From NCBI GenBank assembly GCA_035505655.1, contig DATJQP010000034.1, positions 42,568 through 106,567 of the forward strand: a DNA stretch of 64,000 nt, in the 5' to 3' direction. The notes beneath the pieces were generated by a model. It was not told the DNA's origin. It saw only the letters and a list, made by a program, of their open reading frames with translations, and did not search any database. Positions 8,774 to 17,776 of the stretch are shown piece after piece (positions within the stretch are counted from its first letter, which is position 1; each line of letters starts with the position of its first letter). A program made the translations under genes and the position numbers. The stretch is from Bacteroidota bacterium. GTDB lineage: Bacteria > Bacteroidota > Ignavibacteria > UBA10030 > UBA8401.

Positions 8774-10006
8774 CTAGTGAGCCGCCTCCGCAGTACTCTT
8801 TGCGGCCGCGAGCGGCACCATCTCCACAAACGAGAACCATGTCAATGCAAAAGCCGAGGCGAAGGCCAGGGTTACGAGAAGCTCAAGCACTCCGAGCGGC
8901 AAGGTAGGATCGTGCCAGAGGAACGGGGCGACGGCTAGGAACCTTTCAACAAAAAGGGACGAGAGAATAATGACAGAGACGGAAACGAGAACCGCCGGTT
9001 TTTCCTTCGCCTTACGGCTGAGGAATACCGCCAACGGGAAAAAGAATGCGAAGATGATGTAGTACCATGTCAGGGGAGCCCACAGCGGGTTCCGAAAACG
9101 TGTGATGAGATACGGGATCTCTTCTGTGAGGTTTCCATACCAGATGACCAGGTACTGTGACCAGTAAAAACCTCCGGAGAGCATGCAGAATCCCATGACA
9201 AGCCTCCCCATGTCGTGAAGTTGGCCCGTCGTGAGCATCGATGCCATCCCGAATGACCGCCTCGCCGCAAGGACAAGAATGGTGATGACGACGAGCGCAC
9301 CGTAGAATCCGTGAAGGAAGAAGAGCCAGCCGTAAAGAGTGCTGGACCAGGAGGGACTCAGGGACATCAAAAGGTCGAAGCCGAGGAAGGAATAGAGAAC
9401 CGTGAACATGATCAGGACCGCCGGCACCAGTCTCGTCAACGAGCTGCGGCTCTTCGCCAGCTCCTTCTCATCCCCTTCCCATCCACGGGTCAAACGTTCG
9501 ACAAACTTCTCATACTTTGGTGAAACGCCCGACCGGTACCTTCCGAGCTCGTAGCGGAGGTCCGTCCGGACGTACCTGTAGCTCACCCACATCATCAAAA
9601 GGAAAACCCCGGTATCCCGGACAAAAAAGTACGGGACGTTGAGCCATCCCTCCTTCCCGAAGGCGTTCTGGATCCATGGATAGATCGTGGCGCGTCCAAG
9701 AAAGACTCCCGCAAAAAGAAGGAGGCTCACCGGGAGAAAGCTCACCATCGCTTCTCCGGCCTTCCGAAAAGGCTCCCCCCACTTCCCGTTGGTCATCCGG
9801 TATGCGGCGGAGAACGCCACGCCTCCTTGGGCGATGGCGGTCCACATCACAAAATTGACGTAGTAGATCTGCCAGGCGCGCTCTTCCAATCCCAGAAAAA
9901 GCGACACGATAAACGCGAGTGCGCCGAGGACAATGAGAGTCCAGAGAACCGGCCTGACCTTCGGCGGGAGCTGTTGAAGAGGAAATACAAAGGTTGAGCT
10001 AGTCAT
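8774..10006 (-). CDS. actF: Alternative complex III subunit ActF (polytopic membrane subunit)
   Basis: 410-aa multi-TM protein in the last position of the actABCDEF order. Its start overlaps the actE stop by 8 nt. Confidence 0.7.
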   Translation of the reverse strand: MTSSTFVFPLQQLPPKVRPVLWTLIVLGALAFIVSLFLGLEERAWQIYYVNFVMWTAIAQGGVAFSAAYRMTNGKWGEPFRKAGEAMVSFLPVSLLLFAGVFLGRATIYPWIQNAFGKEGWLNVPYFFVRDTGVFLLMMWVSYRYVRTDLRYELGRYRSGVSPKYEKFVERLTRGWEGDEKELAKSRSSLTRLVPAVLIMFTVLYSFLGFDLLMSLSPSWSSTLYGWLFFLHGFYGALVVITILVLAARRSFGMASMLTTGQLHDMGRLVMGFCMLSGGFYWSQYLVIWYGNLTEEIPYLITRFRNPLWAPLTWYYIIFAFFFPLAVFLSRKAKEKPAVLVSVSVIILSSLFVERFLAVAPFLWHDPTLPLGVLELLVTLAFASAFALTWFSFVEMVPLAAAKSTAEAAH

Positions 10007-10529
10007 GCTGCTGCAGTTGCCGTAGATGAGAGATGATCAGCCACCGCTCGCGCCGGGTCGTATGCTCGTAATACGAGGGCATGATGATGTGCCCCTTTCG
10101 TATAACGAAGTAGATGTAGCCATCCGAAACTTTTCGGTACATGGGAGCAGTGAGGTCGGGAGGGGTGGAAAACTTCGGCGCCACAAGCCCGTCTCCCCTG
10201 GCTGCCACTCCATGGCACACCGAACAGTAGGTATTGAACAGGAACTTCCCGGTGTCCTCAGACGCACGGGTGAAGACGAAGGGGTTTCTCAACTTTGTCG
10301 CCTCGACCGAATCCTTGATCGGCGGTTCATAGCCCGACATCGGGATCGTTCCCGCAACATGCGGAAGCGGGTCCTCCTGGGGCTTGAACGAAGGCTGGGA
10401 GACCATGTCTGTACGGTATTGCGTCTGCTCACCCGGCTGTTCGCTCTCGCATCCAACCACGAGCAGAGCCAGCGGGATGAAGCCGCAAAGGATCAGAAGT
10501 CTTCTCAGGTTGAGCGAGCTGTTCGTCAT
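9999..10529 (-). CDS. actE: Alternative complex III subunit ActE (monoheme cytochrome c, probable lipoprotein)
   Basis: 176 aa with a single CSVCHG heme motif and a signal peptide ending in the lipobox LLVVGC. Directly abuts the actD stop. Confidence 0.75.
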   Translation of the reverse strand: MTNSSLNLRRLLILCGFIPLALLVVGCESEQPGEQTQYRTDMVSQPSFKPQEDPLPHVAGTIPMSGYEPPIKDSVEATKLRNPFVFTRASEDTGKFLFNTYCSVCHGVAARGDGLVAPKFSTPPDLTAPMYRKVSDGYIYFVIRKGHIIMPSYYEHTTRRERWLIISHLRQLQQHD

Positions 10530-11054
10530 TCAAAGCCCCTGAGATTTTGTGATCGTCACCGCTCCGAGCGTCGTGAGGAGCCTTTCGAGCTCGATGATCC
10601 GTTCCGGGGCGGAGTAGACAAGAACTCCGAAGTGGTCGGACGACAGCCTTTCGTCATAGCCGTCGACAACTTTGATCTGTGGAACGCGCGCATTGACGAG
10701 AAACCCGATAAAGGTTGCGATCGTCCCGAAGAGGATCGTCGTAATATAGGCAACAACGCCGAACGGCGGAATCGAAACGATGGGCTTCCCGCCAACGACG
10801 ATCGGGAAGAGCAGTGTTGACCCGATCGTCATCACCCATCCGGTCGCAAGGCCGGTCAGGCCCCCGACGAGAGTGAAGACACGCACCGGACTCGGTTTTC
10901 TCTCAAGGAGATGAGCGATCTCGTGATGCGGCGTCGGCGAGTAGACCTCGATCTCCCGGAATCCATCCGCCGGCAACCGGCGGAGGGCCGCCAGCAGCGT
11001 ATCAAGATGAGCAAAGATCCCCATTCGGTATGGTTGACCGGGGGTGGGCATCAT
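10530..11054 (-). CDS. actD: Alternative complex III subunit ActD (small membrane subunit)
   Basis: Assigned by position between actC and actE and by hydrophobic segments (LVGGLTGLATGWVMTIGS, VVAYITTILFGTIATFIGFLV). I trimmed the start to the ATGATG at 11054, which makes an ATGA overlap with the actC stop (11051-11053). The track start is 11099. Confidence 0.65.
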   Translation of the reverse strand: MMPTPGQPYRMGIFAHLDTLLAALRRLPADGFREIEVYSPTPHHEIAHLLERKPSPVRVFTLVGGLTGLATGWVMTIGSTLLFPIVVGGKPIVSIPPFGVVAYITTILFGTIATFIGFLVNARVPQIKVVDGYDERLSSDHFGVLVYSAPERIIELERLLTTLGAVTITKSQGL

Positions 11055-12376
11055 CGACCGGATTTCGTTGGAGGATTGATTTGTTCCTTCACCTCCCACA
11101 TCGAAACCACGGGGAGGGTTTTCGAAAAGACCATGAAGAGAAAGAAGAACCAGGCAAAACTTCCGATGACGATAAGGCTGTCGACGAGGGTCGGTTTATA
11201 GATCCCCCAGGCATACGGTAGATAATCGTGGGCGAGGGAGGTGACGATGATGACGAACCTCTCCAGCCACATGCCGATCTCCACCGAAATGCAGATGCCG
11301 ACGAGCCAGGGAATGCTTGTGCGGATTTTCCTCGACCAAAGCAGCATCGGAACCAAAACGTTCGTGGTGATGAGGAGCCAGAACGCCCATGCGTAGTCCC
11401 CGGTCATGCGATAGATGAAGATGGCACGTTCGAACGGGTTTCCGCTGTACCAGGAGACGAAGAGCTCGATCGAGTAGGCAAAGCCGACAACGAGCGCCGT
11501 AAAGATGATGAACTTTGCCAGGCTCTCGAGATGATGACCCGTGATGTACTTCTCCAGCTTGAATGCCTTCCGCATCGGGATAAGAAGGAGCACAACCATC
11601 GCAAGGCCTGAGTGGATCGCCCCCGCCACGAAGTACGGAGCGAAGATCGTGCTGTGCCATCCGGGGACGATGCTCATGGCGAAGTCCCAGGAGACAATGC
11701 TGTGGACGGAGATCACCAGCGGGGTCGAAAGTGCGGCAAGGAATACGTACGCCGCGGTGTAATGCCTCCATTGGTTGTCGCTCCCCTGCCAGCCCATTGC
11801 GAGGAGACCGTAAACTTTTTTTCTCCATCCCCGGGTCTTGTCCCTGACGATTGCGACATCGGGCATCATCCCGAGCGTGAAAAAGAGAGTGCTTGCCGTC
11901 AAGTACGTCGTGATGGCAAGGACGTCCCAGGCGAGGGGCGACCTGAAATTAGGCCACAAGCCTCCGAAGTTCGGCACCGGGAGGATCCAGTGAGCAACCC
12001 ACACCCTCCCGAGATGGATGAATGGAAAGAGCCCGGCAGTCGCGAGGCCGAAGATCGTCACCGCCTCGGCGCTCCGATAGACTGCCGCCCGCCACTTCAC
12101 CCTGAACAGAAAAAGGATCGCCGAGATGAGCGTCCCCGAATGCGCTATACCGACCCAGAAGACGAAGGTGGTGATATACATCGCCCAACCCACCGGATTG
12201 TTCTTCCCGGCGACTCCGATCCCTTCGGCAATCTGCACTCCCCATGCTGCCGCGCCGGCAGCGATGAGCAGCAGAAGGAATACCAGGAGGAACCAGTATC
12301 CCTTGCCCGGCGCCTTCAGCGACTGCATCAAATCGATGTCGGTGTCGGTATAGTTGAGGCTGTAGTCTTCGGTCAT
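11051..12376 (-). CDS. actC: Alternative complex III subunit ActC (NrfD/PsrC-like quinol-interacting membrane subunit)
   Basis: 441-aa polytopic membrane protein immediately after the molybdopterin-like/FeS subunit, which is the NrfD-family position in the cluster. Confidence 0.8.
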   Translation of the reverse strand: MTEDYSLNYTDTDIDLMQSLKAPGKGYWFLLVFLLLLIAAGAAAWGVQIAEGIGVAGKNNPVGWAMYITTFVFWVGIAHSGTLISAILFLFRVKWRAAVYRSAEAVTIFGLATAGLFPFIHLGRVWVAHWILPVPNFGGLWPNFRSPLAWDVLAITTYLTASTLFFTLGMMPDVAIVRDKTRGWRKKVYGLLAMGWQGSDNQWRHYTAAYVFLAALSTPLVISVHSIVSWDFAMSIVPGWHSTIFAPYFVAGAIHSGLAMVVLLLIPMRKAFKLEKYITGHHLESLAKFIIFTALVVGFAYSIELFVSWYSGNPFERAIFIYRMTGDYAWAFWLLITTNVLVPMLLWSRKIRTSIPWLVGICISVEIGMWLERFVIIVTSLAHDYLPYAWGIYKPTLVDSLIVIGSFAWFFFLFMVFSKTLPVVSMWEVKEQINPPTKSGR

Positions 12377-12434
12377 GAACCTTCTTCTTGAAAAACCGTC
12401 GCTAATGATCGCGCGGGAGATGTCGTCGATTAGT

Positions 12435-15380
12435 CTACGCGATCTCTCTCTTAATTGCCTTCAGATACGTCACTGCCGGACGGGTATTGAGCTCCTCGAG
12501 AATCCGATAGTCTCTCTTCCCCTCCTCCGCGATGAGTTCCGAAACCCTGCTTTTCCGGTCCTTGAGATCGCCGAAGGTGATCGCCTCCGCCGGGCAGGTC
12601 TGGGCGCACGCCGGAACGATCTCGCCATCCCGGACCGGCCGTTGTTCGTTTCGTGCGGTGTTCTTTCCCTCGACGATACGCTGAACGCAGAAGGTGCACT
12701 TTTCCATCACACCTTTCGTGCGGACCGTAACATCGGGGTTGAGCTGCCAGTTGAGGGGCTCGACCCACTCGGCTTCGTACCAATTGAACCGGCGGACTTT
12801 GTACGGACAGTTGTTTGCGCAATACCTCGTCCCGATGCAGCGGTTGTAGACCTGGCCGTTGAGTCCCTCTTCGGTGTGGTACGCCGCGTAGACCGGGCAA
12901 ACCGTTTCGCAGGGAGCGTCGTCGCACTGCTGGCAGAGCATTGGCGCGAAGTCGGCACGAGGAACCGGACTTTGTTCATCGAAGTACCGCTCGATGCGGA
13001 TCCATGCCATCTCGCGTCCGTTGTTCACCTCTTCCTTCCCGACAATGGGGATGTTGTTCTCGGCATAGCAGGCGGTAACGCATGCGCTGCAACCCGTGCA
13101 TTTGTCGATATCGATGGTCATGCCCCAGCGGTGGTGAGGGTATTCCTGCTCGGGGTACATCGAAAGCGCCTGTTCCTTGTCCGCCTCCGAATTGCCCGGC
13201 TTCGACAGCTCATCAAGAGGAACGGACTGAATGATCCCTCTGTTGTGCTGGACATCGCTCCCCGAGACCGTTGCGAGGATGGTTTGATACGGCCGTTTCA
13301 CCACCTCCACTTTCATGCCGGCCCATTCAAGTCCCCCGGTCCTTTCGGAGGGCTTCGGGTCGAGGAGATCGATCGGATTCCTGCCGACATTGTTTGCATA
13401 GCGTCCGTATGCGGTATGACCCTGACCGATCGGTATGGCGACCGCCCCCGGTTTCACGGTCGTTGACACGTGCGCGGCAATCTCGAACCTCGCGTACGGC
13501 GAAGAGATCTGCACAACATCCCCTGTGTTGATCCCCGCGGCGGCAGCATCCTGAGGATGAATTTCCAGCCACGAATCCCAGACATTCATCGCCATCGGAT
13601 CGGGAAGCTCCTGCAACCATGGCCTGTTGGCTCCTCGTCCGTCGTAATGTGCAATTGATGGGTAGAGGATGAGGTCAAATGTCCCTCCCTTTGCCGTCTC
13701 CTTCCCTGCGAGGGGCTCGAACGTTGCAGAGTTGAGATTCTGTGAAAGTGAAGGATGCGATTCGCTTCGACTCTTCTCCCAGTAACCACCTCGGGCAAGG
13801 CATTCCACCCAAAAACTCTCAAAGTCCGATTTTCCACCCAGGCGTTTGTGGAGGTCCATCCAGCGCGCACGAACGAAGTCGTACATTGTTCGGTGAGGAA
13901 AATTCCCGGTGCGGCCGAGCTTCTGTCCCGACTCAAGGAGCAGGTCACCGAGCATTCGCGTGTCGAAAACGGGCTGCATCGCGGGCTGCATCAGTCCGTG
14001 GACTCCCTCCCTCACCTCGACATCTCCCCAGCTCTCCAGCGGGGTGTGCGTTGGGAGGATGAGGTTGGCCAATTCCGAAGTTTCCGACATGAAACTCGAG
14101 AGACTCACAATGAACGGGACACGCTGCATCGCCCTGGCGAAGTCGAGACCATCGGGTGTATCGAACACGGGGTTCACGTCGGTCATAACGAGCGCGGCGA
14201 CCTTCTCTCCGTTCATTTGGTCGGCAAGAAGGGCGAGTTCATCATAGGAAGCAAGTCGCGAAAGGCTGGACGGGCCAAACGTAACGGTCTTCCCGATGTT
14301 GCCGCAAATGTAATTGAGAAGATTCACTGCCGCGATCGTGGCCACTCCCGAGTCACCCTCGACCATTGTTCCGCCGGCGACCGCTAGCCCCGATGACGAT
14401 GATGCAAAGATGAGCGCCGCCTGACGAATTGCCTCGGCGGGAACCCCCGTCCTTTTCGACACCGCGTCCGGAGAAAACGAGCTGACCATGGATGAAATCC
14501 GGAGTGCGTCCGCGGCTGATACGCCTTTCTCTTTCTTTTCTTCAAGGATCACACGGACCATGCCGAGGGCAAAGACTCCCTCAGTTCCCGGGTTGACTGA
14601 GAACCACGAATCGGCGTTGGAGGCCGTCATCGAGAGACGAGGCCCAACGAAGAGGTAGGTACCCCTCTTTCCGTTGGTGTAGCCACGATGCCTGGTGAAA
14701 CCTTTGGCGTACTCAACAGGCGAGATCCAGGTTTCGAGAAAATCGGCGTCAAACGCTATCACCGTATCGGCTGCAGCAAAATCATAGAATGGAACTGCAT
14801 CAACTCCGAAAGTGACCGACTGAGCCTTTCGGAGAGATTCGTGGGCGAAGGGTTCGTACCGCAAATGGTTCTTCGAGCCGACGGCCGCAATCCAGGTGCC
14901 GAGGAGTTCTTCCAGCGCGCCGCTCACGTGGCCGCTCAGGAGTACGACATCCCCTCCCTTTCCGGCCTTCTGGATTTTCTGGAGTTCATCGACGAATGTC
15001 TTGAGGGCTTCATCCCAGGAGATCGCCCGCCACTTGCCGTCTTCACCCTTCCTCATCGGATGCTGAACACGGTCCGGATTGTAGAGTCCCTGGAGCGCGG
15101 CCTGGCCCCTCGCGCAGAGTGCTCCATCATTGGTTGGATGGAGAGGATTTCCTTCCACCTTCACTGCCCTCCCCTCACGGACCCGGACAGAGATTCCGCA
15201 GCCCGCGGGGCATTCCTGGCAAACGCTCGCGTACCACACCGACTTGCCGGGAGTAATACTCTCTTCCGGAATGACATACGGGATCAGCGACTTCGGCTGT
15301 TTGATCCCGCAGCCGGGAAGCGTGGTGGCAACGGTGGTCGCCCCGATTATCTTGAGGAAGTCTCGACGCTGAAGTTCCAT
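12435..15380 (-). CDS. actB: Alternative complex III subunit ActB (fused molybdopterin-oxidoreductase-like and 4Fe-4S ferredoxin domains)
   Basis: 981 aa with a twin-arginine signal (MELQRRDFLK) followed by TLPGCG. The N-terminal part has the Cys cluster CQECPAGCG. The C-terminal part has multiple ferredoxin CxxCxxCxxxC clusters (CTGCSACVTAC, CQQCDDAPCETVC, CIGTRYCANNCP). Confidence 0.9.
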   Translation of the reverse strand: MELQRRDFLKIIGATTVATTLPGCGIKQPKSLIPYVIPEESITPGKSVWYASVCQECPAGCGISVRVREGRAVKVEGNPLHPTNDGALCARGQAALQGLYNPDRVQHPMRKGEDGKWRAISWDEALKTFVDELQKIQKAGKGGDVVLLSGHVSGALEELLGTWIAAVGSKNHLRYEPFAHESLRKAQSVTFGVDAVPFYDFAAADTVIAFDADFLETWISPVEYAKGFTRHRGYTNGKRGTYLFVGPRLSMTASNADSWFSVNPGTEGVFALGMVRVILEEKKEKGVSAADALRISSMVSSFSPDAVSKRTGVPAEAIRQAALIFASSSSGLAVAGGTMVEGDSGVATIAAVNLLNYICGNIGKTVTFGPSSLSRLASYDELALLADQMNGEKVAALVMTDVNPVFDTPDGLDFARAMQRVPFIVSLSSFMSETSELANLILPTHTPLESWGDVEVREGVHGLMQPAMQPVFDTRMLGDLLLESGQKLGRTGNFPHRTMYDFVRARWMDLHKRLGGKSDFESFWVECLARGGYWEKSRSESHPSLSQNLNSATFEPLAGKETAKGGTFDLILYPSIAHYDGRGANRPWLQELPDPMAMNVWDSWLEIHPQDAAAAGINTGDVVQISSPYARFEIAAHVSTTVKPGAVAIPIGQGHTAYGRYANNVGRNPIDLLDPKPSERTGGLEWAGMKVEVVKRPYQTILATVSGSDVQHNRGIIQSVPLDELSKPGNSEADKEQALSMYPEQEYPHHRWGMTIDIDKCTGCSACVTACYAENNIPIVGKEEVNNGREMAWIRIERYFDEQSPVPRADFAPMLCQQCDDAPCETVCPVYAAYHTEEGLNGQVYNRCIGTRYCANNCPYKVRRFNWYEAEWVEPLNWQLNPDVTVRTKGVMEKCTFCVQRIVEGKNTARNEQRPVRDGEIVPACAQTCPAEAITFGDLKDRKSRVSELIAEEGKRDYRILEELNTRPAVTYLKAIKREIA

Positions 15381-15400
15381 CTCGTTCGTCGGGCGTTTCG

Positions 15401-15907
15401 TTATTTATGCCTGAGAATCTTTTCGATCTGACGAAGATGGTTCAGATCGTGGCCGGCGTACATCTGAATGATCCTTTCGACGGTTTCCTTTCCCCGTTCA
15501 GCATGCATTCCATAGTTTTGCCACAGCGATTTGGGGATGGAGGTAATGAGAGCGAGATTATTCTCGCGGAGGGCGCGGTATCGATCGAGCGATTTCTTTG
15601 GATCACGCCTTGCGTACTCGAACTTCTCTGCCCAGACGTCCTGATCGAATGCCTGGATTGTGGTGCCATTGTCTCCGATGATCATTCTCATCCGGAAGCC
15701 GCCGACCAGCTCAGTGTCGGCAAGGTGTGCGACGATCTCCGCGACCGACCACCTCGACGGCTCGGGCCTCGACATGAGCTTCCTCCTGGGAGCCGTTCTT
15801 AAGAGACGCTCGATCTTACCCGGCGTCGACCGGAGAATCTTCAGCGGATCGGTCCCTTCCTGGTATCCCAGGATTCTCGCTGTATATTCCTGCGCGGTTT
15901 CTTTCAT
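15401..15907 (-). CDS. DinB-family (DinB_2/YfiT-like) metal-dependent protein
   Basis: 168 aa with His motifs spaced as in the DinB four-helix bundle (VAHLADTE ... YAGHDLNHLRQIE). It sits between actA and actB with 39-nt and 20-nt gaps. Confidence 0.7.
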   Translation of the reverse strand: MKETAQEYTARILGYQEGTDPLKILRSTPGKIERLLRTAPRRKLMSRPEPSRWSVAEIVAHLADTELVGGFRMRMIIGDNGTTIQAFDQDVWAEKFEYARRDPKKSLDRYRALRENNLALITSIPKSLWQNYGMHAERGKETVERIIQMYAGHDLNHLRQIEKILRHK

Positions 15908-15946
15908 TCCTCCTCCTTCGTTGGCCTCTCGCGTCGCTAATAGCTG

Positions 15947-16465
15947 TTATCGATGGCAGGTCCAGCAGTCGATACTCGCGTTGTTTTCGCGGTGGCATCG
16001 AACGCAGAACGACATATCTGCCAGGTTAATCGGGGGGACAATCTCGCTCATGGTTTCCACAGGACCATGGCATCGCTGACATGGGATATTCTTCAGAATG
16101 TGCGGCTGATGATTGAAATAGACGAAATCAGGAAGGACGTTCATCTTCGTCCACCTGATCGGCTGCTTTGCGTCCCATGCTGCCCGAATCTTCATTACCT
16201 CAGGCTTCGTGGCGGCGACGAGCTGGTGGCATCCCATGCACGTCTGGACCGACGGAACCATTGCCGCTTTTCCTCTCCGGGCGCCGCTGTGACAATACTG
16301 GCAGTTCATCTGGAACTGGCCGGCGTGAATCTTATGGCTGAAGGCGATCGGCTGCCGGGGGGCCATGTTCTTGTTTTCGCAACCGGCTATCAGGAGAGCC
16401 AGACAGACCAAAGACCAGGCGGAAAGAGTGAATTTCACGAACGATAGAGGCCTTCGACTACTCAT
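15947..16465 (-). CDS. actA: Alternative complex III subunit ActA (pentaheme cytochrome c, probable lipoprotein)
   Basis: 172 aa with five CxxCH motifs (CQYCH, CMGCH, CQRCH, CVRCH, CWTCH) and a signal peptide with the lipobox LLIAGC. It makes an ATGA overlap with the upstream cytochrome c gene. Confidence 0.85.
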   Translation of the reverse strand: MSSRRPLSFVKFTLSAWSLVCLALLIAGCENKNMAPRQPIAFSHKIHAGQFQMNCQYCHSGARRGKAAMVPSVQTCMGCHQLVAATKPEVMKIRAAWDAKQPIRWTKMNVLPDFVYFNHQPHILKNIPCQRCHGPVETMSEIVPPINLADMSFCVRCHRENNASIDCWTCHR

Positions 16466-17184
16466 TTCTTTCTCAATGCCTCGAGTTCTACGGAGCTCCA
16501 GGGCCCACGCCCGTTGTACGTCCTCCGCATACTGTCTACCAGCGCCGGAGCTATGGCGGGCGCCTTGTTCCCGAACGACGACCGTGCATACGAAATTGCA
16601 GCCGCGATCTCTTCGTTCGAGAGCTTGTCATGAAACTGGGGCATCTTGTTGTTGAATCCCGCCCCCTTCACCAGAATTTCTCCTTCGAGTCCGAAGAGTA
16701 CTATCCGCGCCGGGGTCAGCTCATCGTGGAGAAGCCAATCCGAGCCCGAGAGGGGAGGATATTTGCTGGCCACACCTTTTCCGTCGGCCTGGTGACACGC
16801 CTGACAGACACCGGCATACACCATGTCCCCCTTCACCTCTATCTTCACTTCTCCACCGACGGCAGCCTGCGGTTCCTCAACCTCGTGAGCAATCGTACCA
16901 AACGTCCCTCCATACTTTCCAAGATAGAAACCCATGGCAAAAAGAAGCAGAACGGAGATACCCCACACCCACGTTGGGGTCGGTTCGAATCCTTCCTCAG
17001 GCTCCCCCTGCTCCCTCGAGACGATCCTCAGATGAATCTTGTTGACGTCGGCTGCATCCGAATCTGAAAACTGTTCTTCCGGTTGCGACGTCCCCTGAAC
17101 CGGAATTTCCGGCTCCTTCTGCCTCGCCTCGGAAATCGACCGCGGAGCAGCGGATCGCTTCTTAGTTCTTTTTCGTGCTGTCAT
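16462..17184 (-). CDS. Membrane-anchored monoheme cytochrome c in the CcoP position
   Basis: 240 aa with one CQACHQ heme motif in a class I cytochrome c domain and one TM helix (WVWGISVLLLFAMGFYL). The TM helix is preceded by a ~70-aa charged N-terminal extension. ATG start. Confidence 0.7.
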   Translation of the reverse strand: MTARKRTKKRSAAPRSISEARQKEPEIPVQGTSQPEEQFSDSDAADVNKIHLRIVSREQGEPEEGFEPTPTWVWGISVLLLFAMGFYLGKYGGTFGTIAHEVEEPQAAVGGEVKIEVKGDMVYAGVCQACHQADGKGVASKYPPLSGSDWLLHDELTPARIVLFGLEGEILVKGAGFNNKMPQFHDKLSNEEIAAAISYARSSFGNKAPAIAPALVDSMRRTYNGRGPWSSVELEALRKK

Positions 17185-17776
17185 TGGGCGTCGAAGCCTG
17201 ACTGACGGGATAGGTGTGATTCATGCCGATGAGGTACGCGACCAGAGCTCTCGCTTCATATGTTGCCACGACCACCTTCCCTTTGGGAGCGACCGAATCG
17301 GGAAGTGCGACGACTTTGTCTTCGGGCCCGGCCGAAGTTTTTTCCTCAAAGAGCCAAGGGAAAGGAGGCATAATAGAACCGGGAGAAACGATCCTCGGAT
17401 TATAGAGATGGAGGAGGTGCCAGTCTTCGCTTGGTTGGCGCGCGCCGATATTGAAAAGATCCGGACCGGTTCTCATCGTCCCGAGAAGATGAGGTTTGTC
17501 GTAGACGTAGTCCGCCGGGACGGATGGGCGTCCCCAGAAACGCTCCTGGTCCGCGCCGAATCCCTTCGGACGCACCTGCTGGCTGTGGCAATAGAGGCAT
17601 CCCTCTCGGATGTAGATCGAGCGGCCGAAAGCCTGTTCGTACGTATACCGTTGAAGTCCCTTGGGAGCCTGGATTTCGGAAATCATCATGTTGGGAATTC
17701 CGACAAGCCCCGCCCATCCGATGAGGAGGGTCGCCAGCACGCCGAGGAAAAAGATGAACGAACGGATGAACATCAT
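17162..17776 (-). CDS. ccoO: cbb3-type cytochrome c oxidase subunit II (CcoO/FixO, monoheme)
   Basis: 204 aa with an N-terminal TM helix, the motif YIREGCLYCHSQQVRP, and GTMRTGPDL plus PRIVSPGSIMPPF blocks typical of FixO. It makes an ATGA overlap with the ccoN stop. Confidence 0.9.
   Translation of the reverse strand: MMFIRSFIFFLGVLATLLIGWAGLVGIPNMMISEIQAPKGLQRYTYEQAFGRSIYIREGCLYCHSQQVRPKGFGADQERFWGRPSVPADYVYDKPHLLGTMRTGPDLFNIGARQPSEDWHLLHLYNPRIVSPGSIMPPFPWLFEEKTSAGPEDKVVALPDSVAPKGKVVVATYEARALVAYLIGMNHTYPVSQASTPNDSTKKN

Noticed and set aside
12375-13466. 363-aa plus-strand ORF opposite actB. Similar antisense ORFs occur at 31273-32352, 34033-34800, 58955-59788, 59885-61036, 61433-62377 and 62378-63364.
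   Set aside because: All are nested opposite well-supported or signal-peptide-bearing minus-strand genes and show no motifs. I treat them as GC-driven spurious ORFs.
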